From: Pseudomonadota bacterium
GTDB lineage: Bacteria > Pseudomonadota > Alphaproteobacteria > Rhizobiales > Xanthobacteraceae
Assembly: GCA_023387555.1 (NCBI GenBank)
Contig: JAEWHY010000013.1
Location: 1-40,048 of the forward strand
Direction of reading: 5' to 3'
Length of the DNA stretch: 40,048 nucleotides
Shown: piece after piece, positions 35,667 through 40,048 of the stretch
Layout: every line of letters starts with the position of its first letter
Position numbering within the stretch: the first letter of the stretch is position 1
Notes under the pieces: generated by a model
Told to the model about the DNA's origin: nothing
The model's input: only the letters and a program-made list of their open reading frames with translations
Database searches by the model: none
Program-made: the position numbers and the translations under genes

Positions 35667-37175
35667 CTAGCCTTCGTCGACGAACACCTCGTCGCGCTTT
35701 TTGCGCATCATCGGCAGTACGGCGATGATCAGGAGGATCGCAGACACGATCAGCAACCCCGCCGAGATCGGCCGCTGCAGGAACACCATGGCGTCGCCAC
35801 GCGCGATCAGCATGGCGCGGCGCAGGTTCTCCTCCATCAGCGGGCCGAGCACAAAGCCGAGCAGCATCGGAGCCGGCTCGAAATCGTGCTTCACCAGCCA
35901 GTAGCCGACGAGCGCGAATGCCGCGGTGAGATAGACGTCGGTCGGCGAATTGTTGACCGAATAGACGCCGATACAGCACACGATCAGGATCAGCGGATAA
36001 AGCAGGCGGTAAGGCACCCGCAGCAGCCGCACCCACAGCCCGACCATCGGCAGGTTGATGATCACGAGCATCAGGTTGCCGAACCACATCGAGGCGATCA
36101 TGCCCCAGAACAGTTCGGGCTGCTTGGTCATGACCTGCGGTCCCGGCACGATGCCGTGGATCGTCATCGCGCCGACCATCAGCGCCATCACCGGGTTCGG
36201 CGGAATGCCGAGGGTGAGCAGCGGGATGAAGGAGGTCTGCGAAGCCGCGTTATTGGCAGTTTCCGGACCCGCCACGCCTTCGATGGCGCCGCGACCGAAA
36301 CGCTCCGGATACTTGGAGAGCTTCTTTTCCAGGGTATAGGCGCCGAACGCCGCGATCACCGAGCCGCCGCCAGGCAGAATGCCGAGCGCCGATCCGAGGA
36401 TCGTGCCGCGGCCGATCGCCGGAGCCGCGGCGATCAGGTCGGCTCGTGTCGGCATCAGGCCGGTGATCTTGGCCTGAACGATGTCGCGGCTGTGCGTGAC
36501 TTCGAGATTGCGCAGCACTTCGGCAAAACCGAACACGCCCATCGCGATCACGACGAAGCCCAGTCCGTCGGCCAGTTCGGGAATGTTGAAGTTCAGCCGG
36601 CCGGCGCCGGTCTCGAGGTCCGATCCGATCATCGACAGCACGAGGCCGACGAGAATCATCGCAACCGCCTTCACCACCGATCCCTTCGCCAGAACGACGG
36701 CGAAGATCAGACCGAGCACCATCAGCGAGAAGTATTCCGCCGGACCGAACAGCAGCGCGATGCTGGTGAGCGGTGCAGCCGCCGCGGCAATGACCACCGT
36801 CGCGACGCAGCCGGCGAAGAACGAGCCGATCGCCGCGATCGCAAGTGCGGGACCGGCACGGCCCTGCCTCGCCATCTGGTGACCGTCGAGTGTTGTCACA
36901 ACGGATGCCGACTCTCCTGGTATGTTCACCAGGATCGCCGTGGTCGAACCGCCGTACATCGCGCCGTAATAGATGCCAGCGAGCATGATCAGCGCGCCGA
37001 CCGGCGGCAGGCCGTAGGTGATCGGCAGGAGCATCGCGATGGTGGCGACCGGCCCAAGTCCGGGCAGCACGCCGATCAGCGTACCGACCAGCGCTCCGAT
37101 CAGACACAGCATCAGGTTCTGCGGTGACGCCGCAACACCGATGCCGAACGCGAGGTTATTGATGAGATCCCACAT
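35667..37175 (-). CDS. tctA: Tripartite tricarboxylate transporter large permease
   Basis: GTLIGVLPGLG, IYYGAMYGGS, NIPGE, EGVAGPETANNA, LTLGIP. Confidence 0.95.
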   Translation of the reverse strand: MWDLINNLAFGIGVAASPQNLMLCLIGALVGTLIGVLPGLGPVATIAMLLPITYGLPPVGALIMLAGIYYGAMYGGSTTAILVNIPGESASVVTTLDGHQMARQGRAGPALAIAAIGSFFAGCVATVVIAAAAAPLTSIALLFGPAEYFSLMVLGLIFAVVLAKGSVVKAVAMILVGLVLSMIGSDLETGAGRLNFNIPELADGLGFVVIAMGVFGFAEVLRNLEVTHSRDIVQAKITGLMPTRADLIAAAPAIGRGTILGSALGILPGGGSVIAAFGAYTLEKKLSKYPERFGRGAIEGVAGPETANNAASQTSFIPLLTLGIPPNPVMALMVGAMTIHGIVPGPQVMTKQPELFWGMIASMWFGNLMLVIINLPMVGLWVRLLRVPYRLLYPLILIVCCIGVYSVNNSPTDVYLTAAFALVGYWLVKHDFEPAPMLLGFVLGPLMEENLRRAMLIARGDAMVFLQRPISAGLLIVSAILLIIAVLPMMRKKRDEVFVDEG

Positions 37176-37181
37176 GGAAGA

Positions 37182-37670
37182 TCACCGCGGCCAGAGCTGA
37201 AGAGGAAGATTGAGGCCGTAGACGAACAGCGCAACGCTCGCCGCGGTCAGGACCGCCGACCAGATTATGGATTCGCCCCAACGAATCTCCTTGGAGGCGG
37301 CGGCCGCGATCATCAGCGTGACGAACGTCGAAATGATCAGTCCCAGAGGCCGCACCGTCGCGCCGAAGAAGACAACGGACGCGAGGAACAGCACTGGCGC
37401 ACGAATGCCCCAGCGTTCAAGCGGCGGGCCATACGTGATCAATCCACTTGCAATGATCAGCAAGGACACGCCCGCAAGCAATCCGCCGAACAGCCTCGGC
37501 GCCGTTCCCGGACCGAACGCGAAGCCGCGCATTCCCGGCAAGTCGCTGCCGGCCCATAGCGAGAACAACGCAAAAACGAGAAGGGCTATGCCTCCCCAGA
37601 AGTCCTGCGGACTGCGGATAAATCCTGTTGCCTGCGGTGCTCCCGCCGGCTGCCTAGCGCCATCGGCCAT
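37182..37670 (-). CDS. tctB: Tripartite tricarboxylate transporter small subunit
   Basis: 4-5 TM segments, GPGTAPR, LGLIIS, FVYGLNLPL.LWP. Directly upstream of tctA, RBS GGGAGGG. Confidence 0.9.
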   Translation of the reverse strand: MADGARQPAGAPQATGFIRSPQDFWGGIALLVFALFSLWAGSDLPGMRGFAFGPGTAPRLFGGLLAGVSLLIIASGLITYGPPLERWGIRAPVLFLASVVFFGATVRPLGLIISTFVTLMIAAAASKEIRWGESIIWSAVLTAASVALFVYGLNLPLQLWPR

Positions 37671-38627
37671 GCACCCTCCCCACGCTGGTAAAACTACAGT
37701 GTCCCCTCTTGGGTCTTTCGCCCAAGCTGGGACTTTTGTCTAGCAAATCGCTCATCGGAACAAGAAGAAACAGTGGGCGATCGTCAGAGCGACCCGATCG
37801 CGCCAAGAGTTGCGGCAATAACGAACAGCCGAAGTGGATTCATCCTGCTGAAATAACCAGTTGCCGTCGCGACTATTGTTATGCCAGCGCTGTTCGTTTG
37901 TGTTCGATGTCAGCGTCCGACTCGATGCGAGTGCCGCAAGAAGTCCGATCGGAAGCGGAAAAAACGCGCTTCGGAGCGCTGATTTTCATGGTGCACCGCG
38001 AAAGCGATGCTTGATTCGCGCGATGATGCACAATGCACATGCAAGCGGACGCAATGCAACCGCAACGACAATCGGCGCATCGATGCCATCATGCCGATGC
38101 GACTGATACGACAGATGTCGTGACGATGACATTCGGAAGCGACGTGTCCTGAGCAATTGACGAATAAAACGGCAGACTTCCATTTTGGGATTCAGCGATG
38201 GACGCAGCTCTGCGCGCACGGCGATTCGAATGAACTGCATTGGCGAGTGCTGCGAACGCGAGACAACGTCCGGAACGTCACCGGGTCCGAACGGAGTGCA
38301 ACGGGAAACGGGTGACGGCGACTGGAGCCAGCCCACACGTCCGGCCGGCACGCGTCATGATGGCAATTGCCCTCCCGGTCGCGCGACACTCGAAGGTCTG
38401 AGGACAGAGATCACGCGAACCATTTTTCCGAGCTTTGCCGCGAGCATTGCCTCGCCGGCCTGCTCGCGGCCGAGCATGAGCGCTTCTACGAGCCTTACGG
38501 CGCCCGCTGCGCCGGGCCGATCCGGCGGAAAGTCCCGGAAAATGCCGCTTTTCGGTCAATAGGATTTTTTTCATGTGAAACGCATCGCCCCTCTTCCCTC
38601 CCGGCGCGGCCGGTCATATATTCCGGG

Positions 38628-38957
38628 GGCCGGCGCAAGCCGGCTATGGCGATAAACGGACTTCGCAATAAACCTTTCGGACCCGGGGGCAGTGCCCGGC
38701 GCCTCCACCATCAGCGGCCCATTCTCGTTGGGCGGGCCGTTGATGATGGGGGCGAAACAGGATCGACGAGGGCGTAAAGGTTGTTCTTTCGCTCGGTATG
38801 GTACCCGCCGTTATCGGGCCAATCGTATAGTTGCCAACGACAACTATGCTCCGGTTGCTCAGGCTGCGTAACGCGGTCTGTAATACCGAACTAAAGCCCT
38901 GACGGGTTAAGCTCCGTCAGGCGGGGTTCGGAGGCACCTGGCAACAGAAGCCTCCAC
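38628..38957 (+). ncRNA. ssrA: Two-piece (circularly permuted) tmRNA
   Basis: Acceptor piece ends CGCCTCCACCA (38710). A 37-nt intervening hairpin follows. The coding piece starts GGGGGCGAAACAGGATCGAC (38748), giving the G3.U alanine identity pair. Tag frame 38833-38871 is ANDNYAPVAQAA*. A -10-like TATATT is at 38617-38622. Outer ends are approximate. Confidence 0.95.
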
Positions 38958-39075
38958 TTTCATTTCCGCAGGGTCACGGCCACCGGGTCGCGGTCTTGCC
39001 CACGGGCTGACGGATCGGCCCCGCCGGGCTACCATGGCGGACGATTCTGAAGCCGGCTTTCTGGTGCATCCGCCA

Positions 39076-39576
39076 ATGGCGACCGACCATATCCGTTACG
39101 ACCTCCTCGCCCAGGACGCGCTGCGCGGCCTCGTGCGCAAAGTGCTGACCGACGCCGCCAAGAGCGGGCTGCCGGGCGAGCATCATTTCTCGATCTCGTT
39201 TCGCACCGACGCCGAAGGCGTGAAGATGTCGCCGCGCCTGCGCGAGCAGTTTCCGCAGGAGATGACCATCATCCTGCAGTATCAGTTCTGGGACCTGAAG
39301 GTCACAGACACCGGCTTCGAGGTCGGCCTGTCGTTCGGCGGCGTGCCGGAAAAGCTCGCCGTGCCGTTCACTGCGATCAAGAGCTTCTTCGACCCCTCGG
39401 TGCAGTTCGGCCTGCAATTCGAGACCATCGAGGCCGACGCCGCTGGCGACCAGCCGGCCCCCGCCGAGGTCGCGAGGGCTGAAGCGTCGGCTGCGCCGGC
39501 CGAATCGAAATCCGAGCCCGCTGGCGACAAGCCGTCCGGCGAAGTCGTCCGGCTCGACCGCTTCCGGAAGAAGTAG
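39076..39576 (+). CDS. sspB: ClpXP adaptor SspB (alphaproteobacterial type)
   Basis: DHIRYD.L.QDALRG, LPGEHHF.I.F, MTIILQ.QFWDL, F.DPSV.FGLQF, C-terminal VV.LDRFRKK. Adjacent to ssrA. Alternative start 39034. Confidence 0.93.
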   Translation: MATDHIRYDLLAQDALRGLVRKVLTDAAKSGLPGEHHFSISFRTDAEGVKMSPRLREQFPQEMTIILQYQFWDLKVTDTGFEVGLSFGGVPEKLAVPFTAIKSFFDPSVQFGLQFETIEADAAGDQPAPAEVARAEASAAPAESKSEPAGDKPSGEVVRLDRFRKK

Positions 39577-39637
39577 TTTCGATCAATTCCGGTTCATGCG
39601 GCCTTGGCGCGCCCGCGGGTGACGCTAAAGTTGTGGC

Positions 39638-40048
39638 ATGGCCAGGAACCCGAACACGTCAGCACGCAAGCCCTCCGGCAAGACAGCCAACAAGACAGTC
39701 AATAAGACTGCCGGCAAGTCCTCCGGACCCGGTCCGACCCGCAGCGAAACCGACAGCTTCGGTCCGATCGATGTGCCGGCCGATCGCTATTGGGGCGCCC
39801 AGACCCAGCGGTCGCTGCAGAATTTCAGGATCGGCGGCGAGCGCATGCCGGAGCCGCTGATCCGCGCCTTCGGCATCGTCAAGCGCGCGGCAGCGGAAAC
39901 CAACATGTCGCTCGGCCTGCTCGACAAGAAGCGCGGCCAGGCCATCGTCGATGCCGCGCAGGACGTGATCGACGGCAGGCTCCCGGATGAGTTTCCGCTG
40001 GTGGTCTGGCAGACCGGCTCGGGCACCCAGACCAACATGAATCTCAAC
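39638..40048 (+). CDS. fumC: Class II fumarate hydratase, 5' part (truncated by the window end)
   Basis: Missing from the ORF track because it has no stop in the window. Reads ...[33 protein letters not shown]...[19 protein letters not shown]. Confidence 0.96.
   Translation, partial: MARNPNTSARKPSGKTANKTVNKTAGKSSGPGPTRSETDSFGPIDVPADRYWGAQTQRSLQNFRIGGERMPEPLIRAFGIVKRAAAETNMSLGLLDKKRGQAIVDAAQDVIDGRLPDEFPLVVWQTGSGTQTNMNLN
39677..39724 (+). repeat. Four degenerate 12-bp in-frame repeats in the fumC N-terminal extension
   Basis: GGCAAGACAGCC AACAAGACAGTC AATAAGACTGCC GGCAAGTCCTCC encodes [16 protein letters not shown]. Confidence 0.7.

Noticed and set aside
38680..38760. tRNA gene, or an integrated element at ssrA
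   Set aside because: The CCA-ending arm belongs to the permuted tmRNA. I saw no integrase or duplicated 3' end in the window.

Overview
High-GC alphaproteobacterial chromosome segment, probably Hyphomicrobiales. The permuted two-piece tmRNA with tag ANDNYAPVAQAA, the alpha-type SspB and the palindromic repeat families point to the Nitrobacteraceae/Xanthobacteraceae neighbourhood (inference). The core backbone is ilvC ... ilvH-ilvI (with an unannotated leader-peptide attenuator) ... miaA / serB, degP-DUF2065-hflC-hflK-folA-thyA, tctCAB, ssrA, sspB and a partial fumC. Accessory blocks interrupt it: (i) 1-11.3 kb, with MarR plus a nonsense-interrupted DUF1398 gene, an osmoprotectant-type ABC importer, a TctC-MarR-MBL hydrolase operon, a TPP-enzyme/CMD pair bracketed by a 41-bp direct repeat, an SDR, an IS5 scar, an NTF2 protein and a class II aldolase; (ii) Rrf2 plus a sulfate ABC operon with an IscR-like operator, LysE and a P1B-5 ATPase; (iii) a putative general-stress islet (signal-peptide CsbD, RMD1, YhiM behind a GGAAC-N16-CGTT promoter, and a caspase-like protein lacking the catalytic Cys); (iv) a DUF433/PIN toxin-antitoxin-like pair. 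I saw no CRISPR array, rRNA, tRNA, integrase or intact transposase. I cannot point to one unambiguous new system. The best leads are the repeat-bracketed TPP/CMD cassette, the stress islet and the Rrf2-sulfate circuit. All family calls come from motif recognition by eye, with no database searches run.
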